Part shown: piece by piece, positions 12,771 through 21,619 of the stretch
Layout: each line of letters starts with the position of its first letter
Numbering within the stretch: the stretch's first letter is position 1
IMG/VR virus record: IMGVR_UViG_3300017755_000056
Direction: 5' to 3' (one strand)
Source: a virus
Length of the DNA stretch: 29,840 bases
Made by a program: the position numbers and the translations under genes
The notes under the pieces: model-generated
Told to the model about the DNA's origin: nothing
Seen by the model: the letters and a program-made list of their open reading frames with translations, nothing else
The model's database searches: none

Positions 12771-13282
12771 TGACATTTGAACAAACAAAACAAGCTTTAG
12801 AAATATTTGCTAAATCCGTTATTAAGCAATCAAAGGGTAACTTACGTAGACACCGAAACAATAAGTTTATTACGGGTTCGTCTAGTGGGGACTTAGAGGG
12901 AAGCTTAGGATATGATTTAAACGTAAGTCCAAATAGTTTTAGCTTAGAATTTTATATGGCAGATTACGGTATTTATCAAGACGAAGGTGTTAAGGGGGCG
13001 GAAAGCACTTACGATAAAAGTCGCAATAGTAGATTCCAATATAAAAAGATGCCACTTAATACACAAGCTAAAGGGTCGATACAAAAGTGGATAAAAGAAA
13101 AAGGATTAAAAGGAAATATAAATAGTCTTACTTATGTGATTGCAAGAAGTATATATAGAAAAGGATTAAGAGCTAGTTTCTTTTTTACTAAACCGTTTGA
13201 AGATAATTACTTAAAAATGCCTGATGAACTTATAGAAAAGTTTGCATTAGATATTGATAACTTTTTAGATTATACAACGTGA
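12770..13282 (+). CDS. HK97 gp10-like tail-completion/head-tail joining protein.
   Basis: ALEIFAKSVIKQSKGNLRR...TGSSSGDLEGSLGYDL...EFYMADYGIYQDEGV resembles the HK97 gp10 family pattern (..a....TG.L..Si......v.v.....Ya.y.E.G). ATG 12770 (TAATG overlap) is preferred to the TTG at 12761. Confidence 0.5.
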   Translation: MTFEQTKQALEIFAKSVIKQSKGNLRRHRNNKFITGSSSGDLEGSLGYDLNVSPNSFSLEFYMADYGIYQDEGVKGAESTYDKSRNSRFQYKKMPLNTQAKGSIQKWIKEKGLKGNINSLTYVIARSIYRKGLRASFFFTKPFEDNYLKMPDELIEKFALDIDNFLDYTT

Positions 13283-13827
13283 TAAGAGCAAGAAGCCCTT
13301 TTTTTATAGAACATGAGGAATCGTCAGCACCTACGGTACTACCAAGGTTTACTTGCGCGGATACTTCTATCACGGGATTGTCGATTGCAGCAAACGGAAC
13401 TATAACAAACCCATCCGTAAGTGTTGGAACATTACATAGCGTAGAACCAACAAGCTTTGGCACCGTAAGCACCGCAACTATAAGGAACGTGTTGGTTTAT
13501 GTAACATACGATTCAAGTAACTTTAGACCCCCAACCGATTCAAGTAATCAAATAGCTTGTCCCGTTCAATTTACACAACCAGCGACAACCGTAACAGCAT
13601 CACAGAAAAACTTTAGAGTAACAAACAATAGCACAACCCAAACGGCTTTTTTACAATACACAGCTTTTGATGGTAGTGTTCAAATTAATCACACTATGCA
13701 ACCTTCGGAAACCGTTGATATATGTGTTGCACCATTTGATTCGGAGACCGCAGGTTATCCAACGGTAATTGGTGATGCTACATATTTCGATTTAGTACAA
13801 GGATGCACAACAGATACACTTAGTTAA
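13279..13827 (+). CDS. Structural protein with a T/S/V-rich beta-domain paralogous to repeats in ORF 19763..20974.
   Basis: GTG start in a GTGA overlap. N-terminus MIRARSPFFIEHEE. Domain FTCADTSITGLSIAANGTITNPSVSVGTLHSVEPTSFGTVSTATIRN...ACPVQFTQP. Confidence 0.6.
   Translation: MIRARSPFFIEHEESSAPTVLPRFTCADTSITGLSIAANGTITNPSVSVGTLHSVEPTSFGTVSTATIRNVLVYVTYDSSNFRPPTDSSNQIACPVQFTQPATTVTASQKNFRVTNNSTTQTAFLQYTAFDGSVQINHTMQPSETVDICVAPFDSETAGYPTVIGDATYFDLVQGCTTDTLS
13288..13305 (+). repeat. GCAAGAAGCCC + T-run, copy 1 (encodes ARSPFF).
   Basis: The exact 11-mer gcaagaagccc at 13288..13298 plus T7 repeats at 13842..13852 (plus g and T8). Confidence 0.8.
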
Positions 13828-13829
13828 TT

Positions 13830-13880
13830 ATGAGAATATACGCAAGAAGCCCGTTTTTTTTACAATTTAATAGCACTTAA
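13830..13880 (+). other. Orphan 16-codon mini-ORF MRIYARSPFFLQFNST, duplicating the N-terminus of ORF 13279.
   Basis: Hand-read in the 55-nt gap before ATG 13883. It shares ARSPFF and the 11-mer gcaagaagccc with 13279..13305. Confidence 0.35.
13842..13861 (+). repeat. GCAAGAAGCCC + T-run, copy 2.
   Basis: gcaagaagccc g tttttttt, read directly. Partner at 13288..13305. Confidence 0.8.
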
Positions 13881-13882
13881 TT

Positions 13883-14872
13883 ATGCCCGTACTAGATAGA
13901 GCCGAATTACAATTATATATTTACGATGGAACGTCGGGGGCTTATGCCACAACTGACCTTAAATATACATTATCAAAGTCAAGAATTTCGTCGCAAGACA
14001 ATATCCTATTTGAGATAAGCGAACTTGTAAGAGATTATATTGACCAAACTTTTAACAATGACTATTTAAGCAAAACTAAATGGGTGTCCGCAATAACTAG
14101 ATTATACGATTCAGATGGAACGGAGTTTGCTACGGGTAGCCCTGTAACAAATCACTATTTAGCTTTAGATGGTTATGGGTATTTTGAAGATGGTATAAAC
14201 CCGCAACTATCCGATAACCTATTAATGAGTAATACACGTATATACTTACCCGAAAACACGGCGGGTAAATTACCGATTCTTGTAGCGGGAGTTGGGAAGG
14301 TTATAATAGATAGTGCAACAACACAAGTTACTGATAATGGTAATTCAAATCAAAAAATACAATATCTTACAATCCCTGCTAATAGTAATACAATACTAGT
14401 TTACGATACGGACGACGCTACTTTACTTGCAACGGTAAATGTTGAAAACGTATGCGAACCGAAATTTACACCCTATAAGGTTACTTTCGTAAATAAGCAC
14501 GGGGCTTACCAAGACGTTTATATGTTTAAAAAGAGTGTTGAGAATATGAATGTAAGCGACGAAGTTTATAAAGCTAATATTATAAACGCATCTTCACTTA
14601 CTTACGCAACATATAAAGGGCAACAAGAAAGATACAATGTAAGTGCAACTAAATCTTTACAAATGAATACGGGGTTTGTAAATGAGGATTTTAATCAAGC
14701 TATTGAAGAACTTTTACTTTCCGAAAACGTTTGGATTCGATGGGAAGGTAAAACACTACCCGTGCTTGTTAAAACTAAAGACATGACTTACAAAACTTCA
14801 TTAAACGACAAATTAATAAATCATACGTTACAGTTTGAATTTGCATTTAGCAAAATTAACAATATTAAATAA
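13883..14872 (+). CDS. Tail/baseplate structural protein (distal-tail-protein-like candidate), 329 aa.
   Basis: Track ORF. TAATG-coupled to the 713-aa tail protein gene. Assignment by size and position only. Confidence 0.4.
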   Translation: MPVLDRAELQLYIYDGTSGAYATTDLKYTLSKSRISSQDNILFEISELVRDYIDQTFNNDYLSKTKWVSAITRLYDSDGTEFATGSPVTNHYLALDGYGYFEDGINPQLSDNLLMSNTRIYLPENTAGKLPILVAGVGKVIIDSATTQVTDNGNSNQKIQYLTIPANSNTILVYDTDDATLLATVNVENVCEPKFTPYKVTFVNKHGAYQDVYMFKKSVENMNVSDEVYKANIINASSLTYATYKGQQERYNVSATKSLQMNTGFVNEDFNQAIEELLLSENVWIRWEGKTLPVLVKTKDMTYKTSLNDKLINHTLQFEFAFSKINNIK

Positions 14873-17013
14873 TGCTAAACCTACAACTTTACATAGAGGG
14901 TACGGAAGTAGAATTATTTAAGGATGAAAGCGTAAGCCTTACCCAAACACTTCAAAATGTAAAAGACATTAGTAAGATATTTACGGATTTTACTAAAACC
15001 TTTAACGTACCCGCAAGTAAAACCAACAACATTCTATTTAAACACTTTTACAATTACGATATTGAGGGGTATGTATCGGGAACTAAAAAGACCGCAGAGT
15101 TGTTTTTAAACCATCAAGTATTTAAGAAAGGTAAGATAAGACTTGAGGGCGTAAGTGTAAAACAAGGTAAAGCACACACATATAGATTAACCTTTATAGG
15201 CGACACGGTAAACATGAAAGACTTACTTGGCGAAAGTAAGCTAGGGGCGTTGGATAACATTTATGGAATAGAGTTCCAATATAATGCCGACAATGTTGTT
15301 ACCTATATGCAAGACGGATTAGACGCAACGGTTGATGGTGTTACATATACGGATGCTATTGTTATGCCTTTAATTACACATACACAAAGGCTATATTATA
15401 ACAGTACGGCACCCGTAGCACAAAGCGGTAATATTGCTTATGACGGTTCAACTATTCAAGGGGTTAAATACGAACAATTAAAACCCGCAATTAGGGTTTA
15501 CGCTTTAATTAAGGCAATAGAAGATAAGTATAACCTAGAATTTAGTGGCGACTTTTTTAATAAAACAAACCCAACGTTTTACAATCTTTATTTATGGTTA
15601 CATAGAAAGGAAGGTGGTATCTTAGAAGAAAGTGCAATAAGGGCAAAGACTAACTTGTGTTGCATGACGGGCTATGCCCCTGATAAAAACTTATGGAGAC
15701 CTTTTATTAAAGGCGACCATTTTATATTTAGACAACCCGATAATACGGATAACGTTAGATTACAATATAGAATAGACATTAAAACTAACGCACAAAACTA
15801 TACGGTAATAGTAGAAAGGGACGGTGAAGAAAGGGAAAAGCACGAAGGTGTAAACGGAAACTTAACACTAGGGGGGATTGATAAAAACCACAGATTTCCC
15901 GCTGGTACTTATAGAATATTCTTTGAGAGTGAATCGGCAGCAAGTTTTGAACTTGATATATACTTAAACGAATTTGTTAAAAAGTTCTTAGGTGGTAGTA
16001 ATCAAAAAGTACAAATCCAAGGAACCGCAAGTGTTGAAACAATAGCCGATGTTAATGCTGCCCTACAATTACCCGACATTAAAATAATGGACTTTATTAC
16101 GGGGATATTTAAGATGTTCAATCTGACGGCTTTTCAAGATACAAACGGGGTTGTACAAGTTAAACCATTAAACGAATTTTACGAACAAAGTAAAAACACT
16201 TACGATATTACCGAGTTTTTAGATACAACACAATCTTCGGTTGATGCCTTAATGCCTTACAAAAGAATCAAGTTTGGTTATAAAGGAACGGAAAGCTTTT
16301 TTAGTGAAAGTCACAAAGAACTATTTAACGTAACATGGGCGGAAGAAAACTATGAGGACTTTTACAATACCGAAGGAAGTACGTTTGAATTACAAATACC
16401 TTTTGAACACCACAAGTTTGAAAGACTAAGAGATAATAACGGTACACCAACAACCGCACAATGGGGTTGGTCGGTCGATATAAAACAAGAAACGTATTTA
16501 GGCGACCCATTATTATTCTATGCAAAAAAGATAACAAGTGGGACACAAATAAGCGTTATGAAAAGTTCATCGGTACGGGTAGGTATTACGGATTACTATA
16601 TCCCGTCTAATAGTATCGATATTACCGATAGTCAAAACTTAAACTTTAAAGCGGAATTTAATGAGTATTCGGGTACGGTGTTTGAACAAACATTATTTGA
16701 AACGTTTTATAGTAATTACATAAGCGATACGTTTGACCAAAAAAGAAGGTTGAGTAAATTTAAAGCTTATTTACCTATAAGGATATTGCTTAATTTGACG
16801 TTAGCGGATAGGCTTGTAATATTCGATAGGCTTTACAAAATAAATCAAATAACCACAAACCTTGCAACGGGTTTAAGTGATTTAGAATTAATAAACGAAG
16901 TAAAAGACTTTGTGATTGAAAACCAAGATAAGTTCTTTGCGGAATCGGTAGACCAAAGATTTATTACTTGTGATAATACGAATGTAACAGTAGATTGGAA
17001 CGGAACGGTATGA
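14872..17013 (+). CDS. Large tail/baseplate structural protein (tail-tip/hub-like candidate), 713 aa.
   Basis: Track ORF. The N-terminus MLNLQLYIEGTEVELFKDESVSLTQTLQNVKDISKIFTDFTKTFNVPASKTNN resembles N-termini of tail-tip proteins I recall from Bacteroidota phages. No enzymatic motif recognised. Confidence 0.45.
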   Translation: MLNLQLYIEGTEVELFKDESVSLTQTLQNVKDISKIFTDFTKTFNVPASKTNNILFKHFYNYDIEGYVSGTKKTAELFLNHQVFKKGKIRLEGVSVKQGKAHTYRLTFIGDTVNMKDLLGESKLGALDNIYGIEFQYNADNVVTYMQDGLDATVDGVTYTDAIVMPLITHTQRLYYNSTAPVAQSGNIAYDGSTIQGVKYEQLKPAIRVYALIKAIEDKYNLEFSGDFFNKTNPTFYNLYLWLHRKEGGILEESAIRAKTNLCCMTGYAPDKNLWRPFIKGDHFIFRQPDNTDNVRLQYRIDIKTNAQNYTVIVERDGEEREKHEGVNGNLTLGGIDKNHRFPAGTYRIFFESESAASFELDIYLNEFVKKFLGGSNQKVQIQGTASVETIADVNAALQLPDIKIMDFITGIFKMFNLTAFQDTNGVVQVKPLNEFYEQSKNTYDITEFLDTTQSSVDALMPYKRIKFGYKGTESFFSESHKELFNVTWAEENYEDFYNTEGSTFELQIPFEHHKFERLRDNNGTPTTAQWGWSVDIKQETYLGDPLLFYAKKITSGTQISVMKSSSVRVGITDYYIPSNSIDITDSQNLNFKAEFNEYSGTVFEQTLFETFYSNYISDTFDQKRRLSKFKAYLPIRILLNLTLADRLVIFDRLYKINQITTNLATGLSDLELINEVKDFVIENQDKFFAESVDQRFITCDNTNVTVDWNGTV

Positions 17014-17165
17014 TAGAAAATATATTAAACTTATTAGAGATAGCAAAAAAGACTAAACAAACGGGGGAATTTACATCCATAGCATTAGGCAAAAACAAAT
17101 TACCCAATAGTTTAAAAGAAGCGTATCACATATTTAAGCAAGAGTTATGGCAAGAAAAGAAGTAG
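17010..17165 (+). CDS. Hypothetical 51-aa protein.
   Basis: Hand-read: MIENILNLLEIAKKTKQTGEFTSIALGKNKLPNSLKEAYHIFKQELWQEKK. ATGA overlap with the upstream stop. It overlaps the tape-measure-like start by 19 nt. Confidence 0.45.
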   Translation: MIENILNLLEIAKKTKQTGEFTSIALGKNKLPNSLKEAYHIFKQELWQEKK

Positions 17166-18697
17166 TATTAGAGTTAAAGGCGGAAACGGGTGCAACCAAA
17201 AAGGATTTAAAAGAAGTAGCAAACGGTTTAGAAAAAGTACAAGACGCTGCGGAAGAAACATCTGAAGAAACAAAAAAGTTAAGCAATGACTTTTCGGAAA
17301 TGGGTGGACAACTTGACACCGTTACGGGCGGTGCTATAACTAAATTTAAAGGTTTACTAGGCGGTGTTAAAAATGTAACAAAAGGATTTAGAACATTAAA
17401 AGGTGCAATTTTATCAACGGGGATTGGTGCTTTAGTTATCGCTATTGGTTCTTTAACGGCAGCATTTACGTCAAGTGAAGCGGGTCAAGATAGGTTCCAA
17501 AAGATACTAAGTCAACTTGGTGTCATAGCGGGTAACGTTGGCGATATATTTACAAGTTTAGGGAATGTTATTTTAGAAACGTTAAGCGGTAACTTTGATG
17601 CCGCGGGCGATGCCTTTGACCTTTTAAAAGAAAGGGTTGTAAACTTTGGACAAGAAACGAGAAGGGAGTTTGCACTTGCGGGCGATTTAGCGGACAAAAC
17701 ATCGAAAGCTAATAAACTAGAAAGGACATTAATAGTTGACCGCATGAAGGCTAACATTAAAATTAATCAATTAAAAACAAAAGCTGCCGAAGTTGATAAA
17801 TTCACTAATGCCGAAAGAATAAAGTTCTTACAAGAAGCGGCGGCGGAAGAAGATAAGATAACGGGTCGTGAAGTTAATCTTGCAAAGTTAAGACGGGATA
17901 TTAAGATTGAACAAAACACGTTAAGCGAATCAACTAGGGAAGACTTAGAACAAGAAGCACAGCTTACCGCAAATGTTTTACAACTTGAAGAACAAAGAAT
18001 ATTAAAAAACAAAGAATTACTTGGAGTTGCTGCAGGATTGCGAAAAATGGAAGCGGATGCAAAAGTAGCGGAAAGAGCAGCGGAATTAGCAGCGATACAA
18101 AAGCAAAGCGATGACACAAACCTAATACAGGCCAAGGGGATTGAAGAACAAAAAATACAAGTTGCCGATTTAAGTCTATTAAAAAAGAAAGCAGCTAAAG
18201 AAGATGTAGAGGTTGATAAGCTTACGACAGGTCAAAAGCTAGATTTAGCATCTAATGCTATGGGGAATTTAGCAAGTATGTTAGGCGAAGAAAGTAAAGC
18301 GGGTAAGGCAGCAGCGATAGCACAAACAACAATAGAAACATATAAAGGTGCTACTTCAGCATTTGCTTCTTTAGCAGGTATTCCAATAGTTGGTCCCGTT
18401 CTTGGTGCTATTGCTGCGGCGGCTGCGGTTTCAGCAGGTATTGCTAATGTTAAAAGAATAACGAGTACAGGACCAGCGGTTTCGGGAGGTAGCAGTAGTG
18501 CGGGGAGTAGAGGCGCGTCCGTACCGTCAACACCAACACCACCAGCATTTAACGTTGTAGGTGCTGCCCCCGAAAGTCAACTTGCACAAACGATTGGGGA
18601 AAAAGAAGATAAACCCGTTAAAGCTTTTGTAGTAAGTAACGATGTAACAACCGCACAAAGTTTAGATAGAAACATTATTGAAAGTGCGTCAATATAA
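17147..18697 (+). CDS. Tape-measure-like protein, 516 aa.
   Basis: Long alpha-helical/coiled-coil, Ala/Lys/Glu-rich sequence, with hydrophobic Gly/Ala segments (LSTGIGALVIAIGSLTAAF; LAGIPIVGPVLGAIAAAAAVSAGIANV). It is the only ORF with tape-measure character. Confidence 0.55.
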   Translation: MARKEVVLELKAETGATKKDLKEVANGLEKVQDAAEETSEETKKLSNDFSEMGGQLDTVTGGAITKFKGLLGGVKNVTKGFRTLKGAILSTGIGALVIAIGSLTAAFTSSEAGQDRFQKILSQLGVIAGNVGDIFTSLGNVILETLSGNFDAAGDAFDLLKERVVNFGQETRREFALAGDLADKTSKANKLERTLIVDRMKANIKINQLKTKAAEVDKFTNAERIKFLQEAAAEEDKITGREVNLAKLRRDIKIEQNTLSESTREDLEQEAQLTANVLQLEEQRILKNKELLGVAAGLRKMEADAKVAERAAELAAIQKQSDDTNLIQAKGIEEQKIQVADLSLLKKKAAKEDVEVDKLTTGQKLDLASNAMGNLASMLGEESKAGKAAAIAQTTIETYKGATSAFASLAGIPIVGPVLGAIAAAAAVSAGIANVKRITSTGPAVSGGSSSAGSRGASVPSTPTPPAFNVVGAAPESQLAQTIGEKEDKPVKAFVVSNDVTTAQSLDRNIIESASI

Positions 18698-18716
18698 AAC
18701 AAAAAGTAAAAATTAA

Positions 18717-18728
18717 TATTGTTATAAT
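18717..18728 (+). promoter_or_regulatory. TATTGTTATAAT element abutting ATG 18729 (TATTG-N7-ATG).
   Basis: Read directly. Same spacing as at 11561, 23271 and 26143. Confidence 0.4.
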
Positions 18729-19766
18729 ATGAATATAGTAGAACTTGTTATAGACGAAGATGAGGACATTTCGGGAATCGAAGCAATTAGCGTTGTTGAA
18801 AACCCCGCCATCGAAGAAGATTTTATTGCATTAAAAAACCAAGAGTTTAAACTTGCAGAAGTAGATAAGGAAAAGCGTATCCTAATGGGTGCTGCTTTAG
18901 TTCCTAACAAACCTATTTATAGACGGAGTGGCGAATCGGAATATTATATATACTTTTCCCGAGATACTGTACGTAAAGCAAGTGAATTGTTTTTTATAAA
19001 TGGTAATCAAAATAACTCCACATTAGAACACAACATACCACTAACGGGAATGTCGGCGGTTGAAAGTTGGATAGTAGAAAGTGAACAAGATAAAAGTCGT
19101 ATGTACGATTTAAATGTGCCTATGGGTACTTGGATGGTTTCAATGAAAGTATTAAACGACGATATTTGGAAAAAAGTCAAAGACGGCGAACTAAAAGGCT
19201 TTTCTATTGAAGGCTATTTTGCGGATAAGTTGGAAAGACCACAAGACAAGTCTATAAAAGACGACCTTGCAAAAATAGAAGAAGAAGAAGCGGAATACTT
19301 ATTAAAAGAAGTGCGTGCTATTATAAAAAAAGACAAAAGGGCTAAAGGCGATAAAAGGATTGAAATGGAATCGTATTCCGATTATCCCGATGCGGTTTCT
19401 AATAACGCAAAAAAAGGAATAGAACTAAACAAAAAAGTAAACAATAAATGTGCAACACAAGTTGGCAAAGTACGGGCATCACAATTGGCACAAGGCAAAC
19501 CAATAAGTGTTGAAACTATAAAAAGGATGTTTAGTTACTTATCAAGGGCTGGCGAATACTACGACGAGGGTAATAACGAAGCTTGCGGAACTATATCTTA
19601 CTTATTATGGGGTGGTAAAGCTGGGCTTAGATGGTCGGGTGCAAAACTTAAAGAACTTGACTTGTTAGAAGCTAGTCTTAAAAAACCATGTACTGCTGGT
19701 TATGAAATGATAGGTTTTAAAATGAAAAACGGTAGAAGAGTACCTAATTGCGTGCCAATTAAATGA
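18729..19766 (+). CDS. XkdF-like prohead serine protease domain fused to a conserved C-terminal domain.
   Basis: The N-terminal half (ISVVENPAIEEDFIALK...ILMGAALVPNKPIY...FSRDTVRKASELF...LEHN...ESWIVE...GTWMVSMKVLNDDIWKKVKDGELKGFSIEG) matches the XkdF/Peptidase_S78_2 pattern. C-terminal half: KRMFSYLSRAGEYY...LLWGGKAGLRWSGAKL, ending CTAGYEMIGFKMKNGRRVPNCVP. Confidence 0.6.
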   Translation: MNIVELVIDEDEDISGIEAISVVENPAIEEDFIALKNQEFKLAEVDKEKRILMGAALVPNKPIYRRSGESEYYIYFSRDTVRKASELFFINGNQNNSTLEHNIPLTGMSAVESWIVESEQDKSRMYDLNVPMGTWMVSMKVLNDDIWKKVKDGELKGFSIEGYFADKLERPQDKSIKDDLAKIEEEEAEYLLKEVRAIIKKDKRAKGDKRIEMESYSDYPDAVSNNAKKGIELNKKVNNKCATQVGKVRASQLAQGKPISVETIKRMFSYLSRAGEYYDEGNNEACGTISYLLWGGKAGLRWSGAKLKELDLLEASLKKPCTAGYEMIGFKMKNGRRVPNCVPIK

Positions 19767-20974
19767 GGGATTACAAAGACAGATATGCGGTTCCCCAAGA
19801 CGATAGTCGGGGTTGCTTATGTTGGGATAGTAATACTTATTCTAGGGAGTGTTGCGATGACGATTACCATGCACAAGGTATTGGTAATATAACGGGTCTA
19901 GCATTAAGTCAAAGTTTAGTAACTATTTCAAGTTTAAGTGTATCACAGGGTGGGGGTGTTTCAACGCCAACCGCAAACTATAAAGGTGCTGACTTAGGCA
20001 CGGTTACGGTTACCCCAACAACATTTGCACCCGTAGTAACGGACACACCTAGGTCTATAACATCTAGTTTAGTAGTGCCCGAAAGTGTTGTTGTAAATTC
20101 GGAAGAGGTTAAGTTTTCTAACAAAGGGGATACGGTAAGCAAAACGGAAACAATCACACAACCCGCAAATGTATCGGTTGCCCTTTCGTGTTCGGATATT
20201 ACCTTTACGAGTTTTGCGGTTTCACAAGCGGGTGTAATTACACAACCAACAATAGACATAGGAACTATATCAACCACAACACCATTAAGTTTTGCTTTAG
20301 TAAGTACCGAAACAACTAGAACATTAAATGTAAATATAACTGTCCCATCGGGTTACACAAATGCGGGTGCAACATTAGCTTGTACAACAACCGCAACACA
20401 ACCGATTGCAACATTATCAAACCCCGTTACAACCAACCCATATAAGTATGCGTTTACGGGTTACCCTACGGAAATCGTTATTTATAGATTTGCTTATAAT
20501 ACTGCGGGCGATTTCATAGACATAAAGGGAATAAAAGGCGAACTAGGTCAATCGTCGGGTATAACTATTTCATCTTTTAGTAAACCCGAAATAGTAGACG
20601 GAAACACAAGCGGTTTAACTATGACCGAAACCGAAGATGCATCTTTAGCTTTAGTGGGGGCGGTAATGGCAAATAGTGGAAACGATATACAATACTTTTC
20701 TAGTTCATTATTTACAACACAACAAACGGGTACGCCTAATGTAAGCACGGTTTCTTATACTAACAACGCAAATAACGTTGCAAGTAATTACGGATTATAT
20801 GATGCAACTAATAGCATTGGAATAGGCGTTTACACAAATACACTTGCAAGTATACCGGTTAGTGATGCGACTTTACTTAATCAAGCATTAGCCGACGGAT
20901 ACTATACGGGATACAACAATACAAAACAAGTAAGAATTGAAGATGGTGTAATACAAGAAGTATTAGACATTTAA
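19763..20974 (+). CDS. T/S/V-rich repeat-domain protein with a Cys-rich N-terminus (head-module insert; decoration/virion protein candidate).
   Basis: Track ORF with ATGA overlap. N-terminal GCLCWDSNTYSRECCDDDYH. Repeats at residues 77..134 and 142..214 (SCSDITFTSFAVSQAGVITQPTIDIGTISTTTPLSFALVSTETTRTLNVNITVP...ACTTTATQP) are similar to ORF 13279. Confidence 0.6.
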   Translation: MRDYKDRYAVPQDDSRGCLCWDSNTYSRECCDDDYHAQGIGNITGLALSQSLVTISSLSVSQGGGVSTPTANYKGADLGTVTVTPTTFAPVVTDTPRSITSSLVVPESVVVNSEEVKFSNKGDTVSKTETITQPANVSVALSCSDITFTSFAVSQAGVITQPTIDIGTISTTTPLSFALVSTETTRTLNVNITVPSGYTNAGATLACTTTATQPIATLSNPVTTNPYKYAFTGYPTEIVIYRFAYNTAGDFIDIKGIKGELGQSSGITISSFSKPEIVDGNTSGLTMTETEDASLALVGAVMANSGNDIQYFSSSLFTTQQTGTPNVSTVSYTNNANNVASNYGLYDATNSIGIGVYTNTLASIPVSDATLLNQALADGYYTGYNNTKQVRIEDGVIQEVLDI

Positions 20975-20998
20975 AAATATAACAAACGATATTAATAA

Positions 20999-21011
20999 TT
21001 ATTGTATATAT
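20999..21011 (+). promoter_or_regulatory. TTATTGTATATAT element, 13 nt upstream of ATG 21025.
   Basis: Exact 13-mer shared with 9403..9415 and 23270..23282. Confidence 0.45.
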
Positions 21012-21024
21012 ATAAATTAAATTT

Positions 21025-21612
21025 ATGAAAGCGACAGATATGTTAAACAAAGTAAAAGAACTTGTCGGGGTAGAAGCATCCGAGGAAGTAAAATTAGCAC
21101 AAGCGACTTTGGAGAACGGTGCTGTTATAGAAAGTGAGGATTTCGCTGCTGGTAGTGAAGTGTTTATTGTAACAGACGACGAAAAGGTGGCACTACCTGT
21201 TGGCGAGTATACTTTAGAGGATGGCGAAACTCTTGTAGTTGAAGAAGAGGGCATTATTGCATCAATCGGAAAACAAGAAGAAGCACCCGCTGAAGAAGAA
21301 GCGTCAAAGGAAGAAAATCTTGAAGAAGAAGAAATGGCTTACGCTACAAAAGAAGAACTTGCCGAGGTTAAAACTATGATTGAAGAAATCAAGGCAATGA
21401 TTGAAAAGAAAAAACAAATGTCGGAAGAAGTTGAAGAAGTAAAAGAAGACGTTAAGGAAGAACTTTCAAAGGTTGAGGAAAAAGTTGAACTTGAAAAAGT
21501 AACACACAACCCCGAAGCTGAACCAAAAAAAGAAATGAAATTATACGGACAGAAAAGACCTGAAACAACAATGGATAGGGTATTTTCTAAAATTGCTAAT
21601 ATTAAAAAATAA
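21025..21612 (+). CDS. Acidic coiled-coil protein, scaffold-like.
   Basis: Glu-rich (EEEASKEENLEEEEM, SEEVEEVKEDVKEELSKVEEKVELEK). Positioned between the protease and the major capsid gene. Confidence 0.5.
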   Translation: MKATDMLNKVKELVGVEASEEVKLAQATLENGAVIESEDFAAGSEVFIVTDDEKVALPVGEYTLEDGETLVVEEEGIIASIGKQEEAPAEEEASKEENLEEEEMAYATKEELAEVKTMIEEIKAMIEKKKQMSEEVEEVKEDVKEELSKVEEKVELEKVTHNPEAEPKKEMKLYGQKRPETTMDRVFSKIANIKK

Positions 21613-21619
21613 ATAAAAA

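Noticed and set aside
13830-14872. A single frameshift on the T8 run (13854..13861) joining the mini-ORF MRIYARSPFF.. to the 329-aa ORF.
   Set aside because: Checked by hand. The -1 frame meets a TAA at 13868..13870. The +1 frame meets a TAG a few codons past 13883. The frame of ORF 13883 is closed by a TAG at 13871..13873. One slip cannot create a fusion.
21270-21500. GAA/GAG-rich stretch that looks like a nucleotide tandem repeat.
   Set aside because: It is codon-level low complexity that encodes the acidic coiled-coil of the scaffold-like protein. There is no regular repeat unit, so it is not a repeat element or CRISPR-like array.
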